57,721 nt of DNA from a virus (taxonomy: Duplodnaviria > Caudoviricetes): the IMG/VR virus record IMGVR_UViG_3300033153_005042, positions 1 to 57,721 of that record, one strand, 5' to 3'. A program made the position numbers and the translations under genes. Below, in pieces: positions 34,326 through 44,728 of the stretch; the stretch's first letter is position 1, and every line of letters starts with the position of its first letter. The notes under the pieces were generated by a model. It ran no database searches. It was given only the letters and a program-made list of their open reading frames with translations, and was not told the origin of the DNA.

Positions 34326-35938
34326 TGAGTAAGTTGGAAGCTCCTGGAGTAGAAGAGGGAAAACCGTTACGTATACACGAACTAGATGTTGAGTCACTAG
34401 CGCAGTGGTTATGTGACAATAAGGTTAGAACTACTCAAGGAAAGCTTATACAACCTCTCCACGAAGGTCATAAGATAGTACTGGATGACGACGCTAGGTT
34501 TAAAGTGTTGGCAGCAGGAAGACGTTTCGGAAAAACATTACTAACATCTTTGATGGCTTTGTCAGTACTGATGCAGATGAATAGACGAGTCTGGATATTA
34601 GGACCTGATTACGGACTATCTGAGAAAGTATTTAGAGAGATTTACAACATACTGGTTACCCAACTCAAAATCATTGAGCCTGGAAAACCTGGAAAAGGTA
34701 GAGCGAGGTACCAAAAAGGTGATTTTTATTTACAGACACCCTGGGGAAGTGTGTTGGAAGCTAAGTCAATGGAGCGTCCAGACAGTTTAGCTGGAGAGGC
34801 TTTGGATTTTATTATTATAGACGAAGCCGCACTAGACAACAACTTAGAGAATATTTGGAATCAAATGCTACAGCCTACCTTGATGGATAAGGAAGGTAGC
34901 GCCATTTTTATTTCCACTCCTCGTGGACGTAATTCTTTTTATAAGTTGTACTTAATGGGTCAGACAGGACTAGCGCAAAAGAACGGCACTTCTCCTATAA
35001 CAACAAACGACGACGGAATATCAAACGATATGACTGATTGGAGTTCCTTTCAGAGAACTTCCTACGATAACCCTTTACTGTCCTCTACTCCAGAGAAATC
35101 TAGAGAAGAAGTAGACGCAGCTTACAGACGTGCTGTATTGAGCGGTAAAGTGGTACAGTTTAAGCAAGAGTATTTGGCAGACTTTGAAGCAGTTTCTGAT
35201 ATAGTATTTCCAGGATTTATAACCGAAGTAACAGAAACTAAAAAATACTCGAACGTAGTTGATTACGACTGGCACCCTGACAACGGACCTATATACGCAG
35301 CGTGTGATCATAACTTTGCAAAACCTGCTGCAACTATATTCGCTCAAATCAACCAATACGGAGACGTGATTATATTTGACGAGAGGTTCACTAAACACAC
35401 TACCACTCAAATGCAAGGCCAACAAATAGTCAACAAGCAGGCAGACCTTCACAAAAAGGCTGTAGGCATTTGGCAAAAAGACGAAGTAGAACAGAAGTTC
35501 AGAAGACATATACACTTTGAAAAAGTAGTAGCAGACGTGTCAGGTAACCAAGTACAGTTGAACGGAAGAGCCGCTTGGGATGATATGGAAGTAGCTTTAG
35601 GGTACAGACCAGTAGGTTTGAAACAGCCTAGAGACATCGGCGCAAACATGATGAGAACTTGGATGCAGTTCCCACAATTCGACGAAAAGGGTAAACCTTT
35701 ATTTGACGAACATAAAGAACAAATAACAGTACCAAAACTATTCGTTAATAGAGGCTGTGTCAATACTATCTATGCTTTAACAACAGCAAAGTTCAAGGCT
35801 GGTAAATCTGGAATCCTTAAAGAAGATTATGCAGAGTCTCCAGAAGGTTACGAAGGATTATTAGACGCAATAAGATATTTAATGGTTTATTTGTTCCATG
35901 ATCGTGGAAATCACATTTCAATTACTGGAGGCTTTTAA
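34325..35938 (+). CDS. terL: Terminase large subunit
   Basis: Walker A AGRRFGKT, Walker B FIIIDEAA, ISTPRG, FKQEYLADF, C-terminal DAIRY. Confidence 0.95.
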   Translation: MSKLEAPGVEEGKPLRIHELDVESLAQWLCDNKVRTTQGKLIQPLHEGHKIVLDDDARFKVLAAGRRFGKTLLTSLMALSVLMQMNRRVWILGPDYGLSEKVFREIYNILVTQLKIIEPGKPGKGRARYQKGDFYLQTPWGSVLEAKSMERPDSLAGEALDFIIIDEAALDNNLENIWNQMLQPTLMDKEGSAIFISTPRGRNSFYKLYLMGQTGLAQKNGTSPITTNDDGISNDMTDWSSFQRTSYDNPLLSSTPEKSREEVDAAYRRAVLSGKVVQFKQEYLADFEAVSDIVFPGFITEVTETKKYSNVVDYDWHPDNGPIYAACDHNFAKPAATIFAQINQYGDVIIFDERFTKHTTTQMQGQQIVNKQADLHKKAVGIWQKDEVEQKFRRHIHFEKVVADVSGNQVQLNGRAAWDDMEVALGYRPVGLKQPRDIGANMMRTWMQFPQFDEKGKPLFDEHKEQITVPKLFVNRGCVNTIYALTTAKFKAGKSGILKEDYAESPEGYEGLLDAIRYLMVYLFHDRGNHISITGGF

Positions 35939-36276
35939 TGGCAGGTACTACGCCTAGAGGCATTACGAAAAAACAACTAGAGACTATGTACAATCCAGGC
36001 TCTCAAAATGGAGTCAAAACCGCTACTAAGGTTCTAGACGGATCAGAACTAACTGAGACTATTAAGTTCGGAGACGTTGTAGCAAAGCTTACCGTACAGG
36101 CTACGGACAGTTTGGTATGTGACGTCACTGTATCCGTAAATGGAACGGACTTCGTCACAGCTTTAACAGCCGTAGATAAAGTAGCTCCGCAGAGTTACGA
36201 AGTACACAACGTAACAGCAATAAAAGTAACTAGAACAGCAGGCTCAGGAAGATTACATATATCAGGAACTTTATAA
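35938..36276 (+). CDS. Hypothetical beta-rich protein
   Basis: Coupled to terL. Confidence 0.6.
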   Translation: MAGTTPRGITKKQLETMYNPGSQNGVKTATKVLDGSELTETIKFGDVVAKLTVQATDSLVCDVTVSVNGTDFVTALTAVDKVAPQSYEVHNVTAIKVTRTAGSGRLHISGTL

Positions 36277-36512
36277 TGATCGCCCCTGTAATAATAAGAA
36301 GAAACAGATTATTTAAGATTGATGAGTCAGTCTTACCAGAAACTGCAAACACTAACCCAATAAAAGGGGCTTTGTACGCAGCTATTTACACAGAGTTTAA
36401 AGGAAGTGCCTACTCTGATAAATACAAAGATCTGTCAGCAGAACAAAGAATGCAATCTATAAATGACTACGCATGGGCGTGGCTAAACACAAGAGGTTAC
36501 ACTAATGGCTAA
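36276..36512 (+). CDS. Hypothetical protein
   Basis: Coupled ORF. Confidence 0.55.
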   Translation: MIAPVIIRRNRLFKIDESVLPETANTNPIKGALYAAIYTEFKGSAYSDKYKDLSAEQRMQSINDYAWAWLNTRGYTNG

Positions 36513-36714
36513 AAAAGCAACTAAGAAACCTACCAAACCTAAATCTAAAGACGTAAAAACTGGAGCGTTAGGGCTGGGAGATGCATATGCATACGCAGTA
36601 GAAGGACTTACAGAAGATCAGAGCGAAAGCCAGGAAGCATGGTTAGGAGTTTCAAAGAAAACTTTAGATCCAAAAGCTTACGTAGGCGGAGACAAGCTCA
36701 ATGTCAAAAAGTAA
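36505..36714 (+). CDS. Small basic protein
   Basis: Coupled ORF. Confidence 0.55.
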   Translation: MAKKATKKPTKPKSKDVKTGALGLGDAYAYAVEGLTEDQSESQEAWLGVSKKTLDPKAYVGGDKLNVKK

Positions 36715-36925
36715 AGTATACAAACCAAAAGGAAGTTCTAATATACCACCAGCTCCTAGGTACGACCCTGATACAGGAGAGTCGGTAACTGTTGACAAGA
36801 GAGCAGCTCTTAGACAATGGTTCAAGGACGCAAAGGTAGATAAGATAGCCGAAGATGAAAGTTATTCAGTTTCGATAGACCCTAAACAAGCAGTTTATGC
36901 TAGAAAACAAAAAAAGGAAAAATAA
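36701..36925 (+). CDS. Small basic protein
   Basis: Coupled ORF. Confidence 0.55.
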   Translation: MSKSKVYKPKGSSNIPPAPRYDPDTGESVTVDKRAALRQWFKDAKVDKIAEDESYSVSIDPKQAVYARKQKKEK

Positions 36926-37215
36926 TGTCAGATATTAAACAAGGAGAGTCAATCTCTATTGACCACACAGAAGCAGTAAAATCAGCACCTAGTACTAAAG
37001 GTAAATCAACTGCAGCAAAAGGAAAGTCTTGCGACAAGGCAACCGAAGAGAAAGCATCAGCTGCCCCTAGTACTAAAGGACAGAAGAATATGTACGGAGG
37101 CCCTTATAGAGCTGACCACCCTTCTACTGATCCAGCTTCAATCGCCACTCCATTCGACTCAAGTAAGTCTGAACTGGACGGACATTCTTTGAAGAAGCCT
37201 ACACAACGTAAGTAA
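36925..37215 (+). CDS. Low-complexity protein with APSTKG x2
   Basis: Coupled ORF with an internal repeat. Confidence 0.55.
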   Translation: MSDIKQGESISIDHTEAVKSAPSTKGKSTAAKGKSCDKATEEKASAAPSTKGQKNMYGGPYRADHPSTDPASIATPFDSSKSELDGHSLKKPTQRK

Positions 37216-37291
37216 TAAGTTACGTTTGTTTTTTTTAACCTTCTTAGCAGAGGCTAAGAACTTCAATTCTTGAGAGAGTAGGAGGTATAAT

Positions 37292-40171
37292 ATTTCTTTT
37301 AATTTAGGTGTTAGCAATCACCCATTGAGTAGGTTAGGTGGACTAAGTTCCATTGGCATCTATCTTTATGAAGACGTCTACTATAGACAGTGGATAAGTG
37401 AAATAGCATTAGCATTTTACGAAGGTCGGCAAGACGAGTTTGTTTGGTTGGACCTTGTAAGACAGTTTAGAAATCCAGAAAAAGCCTAAATGAATTTAAT
37501 CGGGTGAATTGCTGGAAAACCTTAAAGATCATAATACTACAAAGTAACTGGAAACGGTAAGCTTGACACGTTTAAAAAATTATGATATGTTCTGTAATGG
37601 ATAAATAGGCAATCAGCAGCCAAGCGTAGTAGGGTACAAGTTACTGCGAAGGTTCAACGACTAGGAGGTGAGTCCCAACAATAACCCTCCCTGAGAGTTC
37701 CCGACCCTTAACAGGTAAAACTGAAAGGTGAAGATATAGTCTACTCTTTATTGAAAGGTAAAGTATGAATATTAGAAAGTTAAAATCTAGTGAGTTAGAT
37801 GCAGCAATGTACGCAATCATTTTAGGAGACGGTTGTATTCAAAAGTCTGGCGGTAATTTTACTTCAGGTAGTAATTACGTTTTTCAGATGGGACATTGTG
37901 AAAAGCAGCGTGAATATTTATTGTGGAAACGTGACATAATAGACCAGGTAGGGTCAGTAAAGACTTCTATACGAGACTATGAAAAAACCAACTCAGTATA
38001 CTTGAGAACTAACGCAAGAAAATATTTCACTAAACTAGAAAAAGTATTTTATATAGATAGAAAAAAAACTATAAATAAAAAAATACTCACTAAGATGAAT
38101 GTACTATCCTTAGCTATATGGTTTATGGATGACGGTTACGTTTCAGCTAATAAGTCTGGATCTGTTTACGGAGAGTTGTGCACTGACCAATTCTCACTAG
38201 AACAAGTGACCCAAATTCAAAGCTGGTTCATATCAAAATTCTCTATGAACGTTGGAATTAGAGAACTTAGATATAAATCAGGCAAGAACTCAGGAAAAGT
38301 AGCTTACAGGATAAAATTCAACAAAGAGAATTGCTCAAAATTAAAATCGTTGATTGGGCAATATGTAAATCAAATAGATTGCATGAAATACAAACTTTCT
38401 AAGATTAAATAGTTTCTCTGGCTCAACAGAAATGTTGAAGATTTTCTAAAAAATTGACAAAATCTGAAGGAAACAGCAGATTTTACCTATCAATATCACT
38501 AAAGAGATAATTGATGAGATTTCTTTACTATATCGTGAAGACCCTATCTATCAGGTAGTAGACGACAACGGTAAAGTATTGACTAAAGACCAAAAACTCT
38601 GGGAAGAGTTGATGAAAGATTCCAGGTATCTATCTTTTATGGATAAGTTAGATAGGTGGACTCGTTTGTTAGGGACAGTACTAGTAAAAGTGAGTTTCGT
38701 AGATCCTACGACTGGATCATTAGTAAAAGAGACTGAAGGCGGCAAAGTACAGTTAGATATGATGCACGGAGGAGTGTACGACATTAAGACGGGTGCGTCT
38801 CCTTACTATATCACAGAACTTATGATAGGTTTTGGTAAAGGTTTTAAAGGGTTTAACAACTCTACTAACCCTAATCCAGGACACTTGACTGGACAAGACG
38901 TACTATCTCAAACTATTAACTTGACTAACCCCTCTAAGTTAGGCCCAGTAAACGAAATTTATTGGAGTTTAGACTCCCATAAAATAACGGACAATGATAA
39001 TAACGAATACTCTACCAAAAATCCTTACGGAGTTATTCCGGCAGTACCTTTCTTTAATCAAGATCCAGCGCATTATTATTTTTTGCCTATTGACGAACCT
39101 TTAATATACGCTAATCACGCATTAAACATGAGAATGACGGACCTTAACCATATTGCCAAGTTTCAATCTTTTGGAATACCTGTGATAAAAGGAGTAGAAA
39201 GACCTACTTCTACTAGACAAGGTAGACCCGTAGATGATTTCAACATCTTGCGAGGAGGAAGCGCACAGAACTCTTTTGGAGGTTTGAGCGGAGTTAGTGG
39301 AGCTGGAGCAGGAGGAAGTTTTAGATCCTTCGACGCTGGTTTAGGAGTGAATAGAGATGGCAACGCCGACGCTAACGCATTAGGAATGTCACTCGGTCCA
39401 GACACAGCAGTAGCTGTAGGTGAAAAAGGCGATTTCAAGTTCGCACACCCTCAAGCAGATATAACAGGACTACTAAAAACTATCGAATCTGTTACTGATA
39501 TGGTTAGAATAAACCACGGACTAAAACCCAAATTCAGTAATACGTTACCGGATTCTGGTTTCGGGCAGATGATAGAGAAGATGGGAGTTATAGAAGATAA
39601 CGTTAGACGAGGAAAACTATTTAATGAGAGAGAGCAACAACTTTTTCAAGTAATAAAATCCTTGTGGAACTCACATAACTCAAAAACAAATTCTAAGAAG
39701 TTTTCTGATAACGCTTCACTAAAGATATTTTATAAGACTCCAGAATTTCCAACTGACCCAAAAACTCAAATGGAGACTATTATTATGGAGCAGAATATAC
39801 TGCACTCAGGAGATAAGATAGCCTATAAGAAACTTTACCCTCACCTAAGCGACAAAGAAATAGTCAAATTGGTAGCAGAAGTTCGTAAGAACAAGCTAGA
39901 ACAAGCTAAATCAGACGCTGAGTTAGAAGTAGAGCGAGCTAAAATACTACAAGAAGCTGGAATATTGCAAGCAGATTCGTCTGCTTCCTTGGCTAGTGGA
40001 TCTACTAGGTTGGACATAAGTTCTGACATAACGTTAGGGCAATTGGCTGGAGAAGCTGGTGATATGCCTAATCCTAAGATAGACAACAAAGCCAAACACG
40101 CAGAAGATTCAGGGAAACAAGGAAGCGATTCTAGAAAAACTGACAAATCTAGCAAACCTAAAAAGAAGTAA
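37292..40171 (+). CDS. Portal protein, split by a group I intron (exon 1 about 37292-37474, exon 2 about 38471-40171)
   Basis: Exon 1 ...LAFYEGRQDEFVW...FRN; exon 2 KQQILPINITKEIIDEISLLY... in frame with 38579; KNPYGVIPAVPF portal motif; lies between terL and scaffold. Confidence 0.82.
37475..38470 (+). ncRNA. Group I intron (IA-like); boundaries approximate
   Basis: P AATTGCTGGAAA 37507, Q AATCAGCAG 37611, R GTTCAACGACTAG 37652, S AAGATATAGTCT 37731. Confidence 0.88.
37765..38412 (+). CDS. Intron-encoded LAGLIDADG homing endonuclease
   Basis: YAIILGDG and LAIWFMDDG motifs; lies 3' of the S element. Confidence 0.92.
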   Translation: MNIRKLKSSELDAAMYAIILGDGCIQKSGGNFTSGSNYVFQMGHCEKQREYLLWKRDIIDQVGSVKTSIRDYEKTNSVYLRTNARKYFTKLEKVFYIDRKKTINKKILTKMNVLSLAIWFMDDGYVSANKSGSVYGELCTDQFSLEQVTQIQSWFISKFSMNVGIRELRYKSGKNSGKVAYRIKFNKENCSKLKSLIGQYVNQIDCMKYKLSKIK

Positions 40172-40183
40172 ACGAGGCAATAA

Positions 40184-40531
40184 ATGAGTAACCCAGCGAA
40201 ATACTTAGTAAAATTGATAAGAAATGATGGATCAACAGTTGACTTAGTAGAAACTAGTGAGTTTAGTGAAGCTAAGGAGGTTTGGAAAGAGTCTTATTCA
40301 AAGTGGACCACTTCTGTATCAGAAAGAATCCCCTTTATAGTAGACAAACCGACTGAAACAGGATTTATGACGGCTTTCGACCCGTCTTTGATCCGAGAGA
40401 TATTAATATTACCTTTACAGAACAAGCAAGAGTCCGACAATCCTTACTACAACAGGATGAACAAGGAAGGTCTATCTGCTATGTTAGGTGGAGGAATATC
40501 GTCTGAATTGACAGACGGAGGATATAGATAA
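40184..40531 (+). CDS. Hypothetical protein
   Basis: 115 aa between portal and scaffold. Confidence 0.65.
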   Translation: MSNPAKYLVKLIRNDGSTVDLVETSEFSEAKEVWKESYSKWTTSVSERIPFIVDKPTETGFMTAFDPSLIREILILPLQNKQESDNPYYNRMNKEGLSAMLGGGISSELTDGGYR

Positions 40532-40536
40532 CCCCA

Positions 40537-40558
40537 ACAACTGGTAGAGCCAGTGAGG
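40537..40558 (+). promoter_or_regulatory. 22-bp hairpin element, copy 1
   Basis: ACAACTGGTAGAGCCAGTGAGG, identical to 42867-42888. Confidence 0.7.
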
Positions 40559-40568
40559 AGAATGAAGA

Positions 40569-41441
40569 ATGCCTAGTAATGACTTGATTAACCAATTAGG
40601 GAATATACCAGCTCCAGATGGTGCTAACAACACCCAACACGCTAAGCAGGAAGAGCCTGCGAAGAGTATTGAAGAGCCTGCTCCTGCTGCCACGGAAAGT
40701 AAGGCTAGTGGTGATACTGGTACAGCAGATAATAAAACTACTGTAAAAGATCCCGACGATTGGTCAAAAGAAAGTGCTTTGAAAGAAGTCATAAAACTTC
40801 GAGAAGAGCAAAAAATCCAACGACTCAAGTATACCGAAAAGTTAGACCAGTTCAAAGAAGAAATTGCAGCATCGCAAGGACCTCTAAAAGAAGAGCTGGA
40901 AGAACTTAAGAAGTACAAACAGGAGTTAGGTAAGATCAAAGCTGCCGAAGAAGACAAGAAGAGAACTCTAGAAGACAAAGTGTCTCACAGAGAAACTCGA
41001 ATTGGCGAATTGGAAGCTAAGGTTGAAGAGATGTCCGCTGACAGAGACACTGAGTCTCAAAGTTTCAAAGAGCGTTTGTCTGTGTATGAGGCACAGGAAG
41101 AAGCTCGAAAACAATTGTATATGGATAAGCTTAAAGTAGAACTTGACGCTATTCCAGAAAAATTCAGGGAACAAGCAGAATTGATTTCAAGAGGAGCAGG
41201 AGATCCTAGCGAAGCTTTAGTAGCAATTAGCGAAGCTCGTCTAAAAGGGTTCTTTGAGGACAAAACGGTTATTGTTAACCACGCAGTCCCAGGAGCATCT
41301 GATGGAGCGAGAGCAACTAAAGAGCAGTTAGAAGGAGCAGCGAGAGCAGGTAGAGACAGTATGTCCTCTACTGATAAAGTTCGAACAGCCCTTAAAGAGA
41401 TCCGTCAAGGAGAAGGAAACTCTGCGTTTAGAACCCGTTAA
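40569..41441 (+). CDS. Capsid scaffold protein
   Basis: Charged coiled-coil directly upstream of the major capsid gene. Confidence 0.72.
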   Translation: MPSNDLINQLGNIPAPDGANNTQHAKQEEPAKSIEEPAPAATESKASGDTGTADNKTTVKDPDDWSKESALKEVIKLREEQKIQRLKYTEKLDQFKEEIAASQGPLKEELEELKKYKQELGKIKAAEEDKKRTLEDKVSHRETRIGELEAKVEEMSADRDTESQSFKERLSVYEAQEEARKQLYMDKLKVELDAIPEKFREQAELISRGAGDPSEALVAISEARLKGFFEDKTVIVNHAVPGASDGARATKEQLEGAARAGRDSMSSTDKVRTALKEIRQGEGNSAFRTR

Positions 41442-41463
41442 CACTTTAGGAGTATCATAAAAA

Positions 41464-42780
41464 ATGCCACAGGTAGTAACACTAACTGAAGCAGCAAAAC
41501 TATCTAACAACCTTTTGGTTGAAGGAATTGTTGCCGATATCGTAACCGTCGATGAATGGTTTCGTTATCTCCCTTTCGTAACGTTTGAAGGATTAGCTTA
41601 TACTTTCACTCGTGAGAAAACATTAGCTTCTGCAGATTTTGCATCTAGAGGAACTAACCTTAGCCAAGCCAAATATACTGACGGCGCTAAGTTTGAGAAC
41701 ATCAACGTTAACTTGTCTGCAATTATTGCTGATATTATCATTGATGGTCAAATCGAAGATCAATTTTCAGAAACAAACGACCAACTACAAGTTCAAATCA
41801 GTTCTAAAGCAAAACAAATTGCAAGAATTTATATGAACGCAATCGTTAACGCTCACCGTTCAGCTGCTCTTACGCAGTCTAACAACGGCCCTATCGGTAT
41901 TGCTGACCGTTTCGAAGGAATGGCTTCCATTCTTGAAGCAGAAGCAGGAAACACTGATGACGTTAACCACCCGTTTTACAGCCAAGGTGCTGGAACTCAA
42001 ACTCTTTCTCTAGAAGAAGATGATCCTTCATCTCCTCGTGTAGGCAAAGCTGGACGAGTTTATACTTTAGAGGATCTTGACGATCTTCTTGATCGATGTA
42101 CTGCAGCACGTCCAGACTTCATTATGATGAATTCTCGTGAAATCCGTACTCTACGTGTTCTACTTAGAAACACTGGTGGTGGAACTGACTCGTACATGAT
42201 TCAGCAACAAGGTCTAGGTAATCAAAAGCCAATGCTTTATTATCAAGACATTCCAGTATTCCGTAACGATTTTGTATCTAAAGCTCAGGGAGTTCAAAGC
42301 ACAGCGCACACTTCCCATACAGCAGCATCAGCAACACAAACTGTACTAAGTTCAGCAACAGCTGCTGACGCTACAGAACTTCACATTCGTAATGACGAAG
42401 GTGTTATGATGAGATACCCTATCACAGGCGGAGCAGGAACAGCAACTGTAGATGTTACTTCAACTGGTTCATTTTTTGATCCAGAGCAAAACAGAGTTGT
42501 TGCTAGAGTGGCATTGGATGACGCATCCATGTCAGCAGCATCAGACTTAGTATCTCACGAACGAGTTGACGGATCTTCCGTTTACGCTGGTTCTTGGGGA
42601 GAGTTTAAAGGTATTACAGGTTTTACTTCAGCTAATAACGCTGGACTAAAAATGGAATACGTAGGTCCTCGTGAAGATGAGAACGCTTACCAGTACCGTA
42701 TGAAGTGGTATTGCGGCTTCGATCTTTATAACCGTCTTGCATTAGCAAGAATGAAAGGTTGTTTGCCACTAGGCTCATAA
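41464..42780 (+). CDS. Major capsid protein
   Basis: VTLTEAAKL, LPFVTFEGLAYTFTRE, LEDLDDLLD, YRMKWYCG...ALARM; terminator follows. Confidence 0.85.
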   Translation: MPQVVTLTEAAKLSNNLLVEGIVADIVTVDEWFRYLPFVTFEGLAYTFTREKTLASADFASRGTNLSQAKYTDGAKFENINVNLSAIIADIIIDGQIEDQFSETNDQLQVQISSKAKQIARIYMNAIVNAHRSAALTQSNNGPIGIADRFEGMASILEAEAGNTDDVNHPFYSQGAGTQTLSLEEDDPSSPRVGKAGRVYTLEDLDDLLDRCTAARPDFIMMNSREIRTLRVLLRNTGGGTDSYMIQQQGLGNQKPMLYYQDIPVFRNDFVSKAQGVQSTAHTSHTAASATQTVLSSATAADATELHIRNDEGVMMRYPITGGAGTATVDVTSTGSFFDPEQNRVVARVALDDASMSAASDLVSHERVDGSSVYAGSWGEFKGITGFTSANNAGLKMEYVGPREDENAYQYRMKWYCGFDLYNRLALARMKGCLPLGS

Positions 42781-42790
42781 TTTTTTGTGA

Positions 42791-42858
42791 AGGCGTTGGG
42801 ACTTTTGTCCCAACGTTTTAGGAGGCGTTATGGATAACCTGGCGTCTCCTTTTTTTTT
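42791..42858 (+). terminator. Double hairpin with T-tract after the capsid gene
   Basis: GGCGTTGGGAC/GTCCCAACGTT, then AGGAGGCG.../GGCGTCTCCT followed by a run of T. Confidence 0.75.
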
Positions 42859-42866
42859 ACTAACCG

Positions 42867-42888
42867 ACAACTGGTAGAGCCAGTGAGG
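42867..42888 (+). promoter_or_regulatory. 22-bp hairpin element, copy 2
   Basis: Identical to 40537-40558. Confidence 0.7.
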
Positions 42889-42895
42889 GAGAATA

Positions 42896-43534
42896 ATGTC
42901 ATATTACACAACAAAGTCGAACACACTCAATAGAGAATACGTAGTTATTAAGCACGGAATCCCTAACGTAAATTCCACAGTAATGGGAGTTAGGTTTAGA
43001 GGAGGCTGGGCAGTCGTAGACAAAGGTAGCAAAATTTACCACAATCTTACGAAATTACCGATGTTAAAGAATCCTAAAGAGATGCCTTTATCATTCCTAA
43101 AACAACTACCTTTTATTACCAGAGCTATGGACGTAAAACTTATTTACGGTGCTGACGTATTCGCAAAATACGTAACACTGAGCGATAAGATAGAAGTAGA
43201 AGAAGCTGTAGCTAAAGTAACAAAAGCTGAGAAAACTCACCTAGAGAATAAAGCTATTTGTTGTCACAGACTAGACAACGGAATGCTATGTAAAATTAAC
43301 GTAGCAGATGAGAAAGTGTCTTCATACTGCTCACACCACATACTACAAGACCCTAAATTAGAAGAGATAGGTTTCGAAATACCTAAAGTGATGTTACCGA
43401 AACAACGAAAGAAGTTAAGAAAAACAGCTTTTAACGAAATTAGGAAATCTTTAAATAAGAGGAACAAGAAAAATGATAAAGTGGTGGAAACAACGCCAAC
43501 GAACGAAGACGTTATCAATAAAAAAGAAGCTTAA
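42896..43534 (+). CDS. Hypothetical protein with C-x8-C-x11-C-x2-H motif
   Basis: CCHRLDNGMLC...YCSHH. Confidence 0.65.
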   Translation: MSYYTTKSNTLNREYVVIKHGIPNVNSTVMGVRFRGGWAVVDKGSKIYHNLTKLPMLKNPKEMPLSFLKQLPFITRAMDVKLIYGADVFAKYVTLSDKIEVEEAVAKVTKAEKTHLENKAICCHRLDNGMLCKINVADEKVSSYCSHHILQDPKLEEIGFEIPKVMLPKQRKKLRKTAFNEIRKSLNKRNKKNDKVVETTPTNEDVINKKEA

Positions 43535-43811
43535 TAACAAGATAACCGTATTAGAAGGTCGCTTAGAAGATTCCGATACTCTATTGACTATAAAGACTAA
43601 ACAGTACGACGATTATATGTTAAAAGCTAACAAAGATTTAGAAAGAGTTTTGGAACTTTTGGACGAAGAGAAGTCCAACAACGACATTACTATGGGGGCT
43701 AGGCTAAATCAAATAAGAGATTTAAAAGCTAGACTGAAAACCGAGACCAACGCCTTAAGAGCTTCAGAAGATAACAACGAGACTCTAAAAACTACGTTAG
43801 GTCATTTTTAA
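43473..43811 (+). CDS. Coiled-coil protein
   Basis: 112 aa, heptad-rich. Confidence 0.55.
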   Translation: MIKWWKQRQRTKTLSIKKKLNNKITVLEGRLEDSDTLLTIKTKQYDDYMLKANKDLERVLELLDEEKSNNDITMGARLNQIRDLKARLKTETNALRASEDNNETLKTTLGHF

Positions 43812-43826
43812 TAGTGAGAGTTATTT

Positions 43827-44468
43827 GTGGGAACTAAATCTACCAGGTCTTCTGGAACTCAACACAATATGCGAGGAGTTGCCCAAGGTAATACGTTAGT
43901 AGATCCTGTAACAGGACTACCAGTAGACGTATTATTAGATTCTGAAGGCGTACGTAGGTTAGCAGTAGACACGTCAATTCAACTAGACGGAATAACAATA
44001 AACGTCGACCCTTTGACTCCATTAGTAGACGGAGTGCATATAGGAGACGCAGACGGAGATCTCCTAGAGATTAACCCTGACGGAAGTGTTAATGTTAATA
44101 CTTCCATAGACGCAGCTGACGGCGATAACATAGCCATTAGCGGCCACGCATCCCCAGTGTTCGATGAAGCTGCTGACACCATCACTACGGCCTCCTACGA
44201 GGAAGTTTACTCATACGTAGCCACAGCAATAACTAACGTAGAGAAGATAGAAGCTACTATAGATACTACCACTACTTTTAGAGTAAAGCTTAATGGAGTA
44301 GTTATAAAAGTGCTGAGATCAAGTGCTTTAGAAAAGAACGTAGTTTTCACTTTCAAAGAGCATAGAGTACTAGCTGATACTGATGAGATTTCGGTAGAAG
44401 CTAGAGTAGATAGATTTAGACGAACTAGTTACGATACTTTTGTATCATTAGAGGGGTATTTAGTTTAA
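43827..44468 (+). CDS. Putative virion structural protein
   Basis: Acidic, beta-rich; shares LxINxDGSxN with 44729. Confidence 0.55.
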   Translation: MGTKSTRSSGTQHNMRGVAQGNTLVDPVTGLPVDVLLDSEGVRRLAVDTSIQLDGITINVDPLTPLVDGVHIGDADGDLLEINPDGSVNVNTSIDAADGDNIAISGHASPVFDEAADTITTASYEEVYSYVATAITNVEKIEATIDTTTTFRVKLNGVVIKVLRSSALEKNVVFTFKEHRVLADTDEISVEARVDRFRRTSYDTFVSLEGYLV

Positions 44469-44707
44469 TGTACGTACAATTCAATAAAAACAAAATGCAT
44501 ATACAAGTTATATGCGGAGTGAACGAAGATTACAAAGCAACAGAGAAGATCAAAGAACTACAGAAAAAAGTAACTGACACTAAGACTAAGATGGAAGAGT
44601 TTTCCAAGGAAGTAATAGTACCAGCACTAACAGATATAGAAGCATTGTTAAAGGAAATCAACCAAGAGGTTGATACCGAGGAAGTTCGAACAAAAGCCGA
44701 GGAATAA
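44468..44707 (+). CDS. Hypothetical protein
   Basis: Coupled ORF. Confidence 0.55.
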   Translation: MYVQFNKNKMHIQVICGVNEDYKATEKIKELQKKVTDTKTKMEEFSKEVIVPALTDIEALLKEINQEVDTEEVRTKAEE

Positions 44708-44728
44708 CCTAATTAGGAGGCTTATAGA

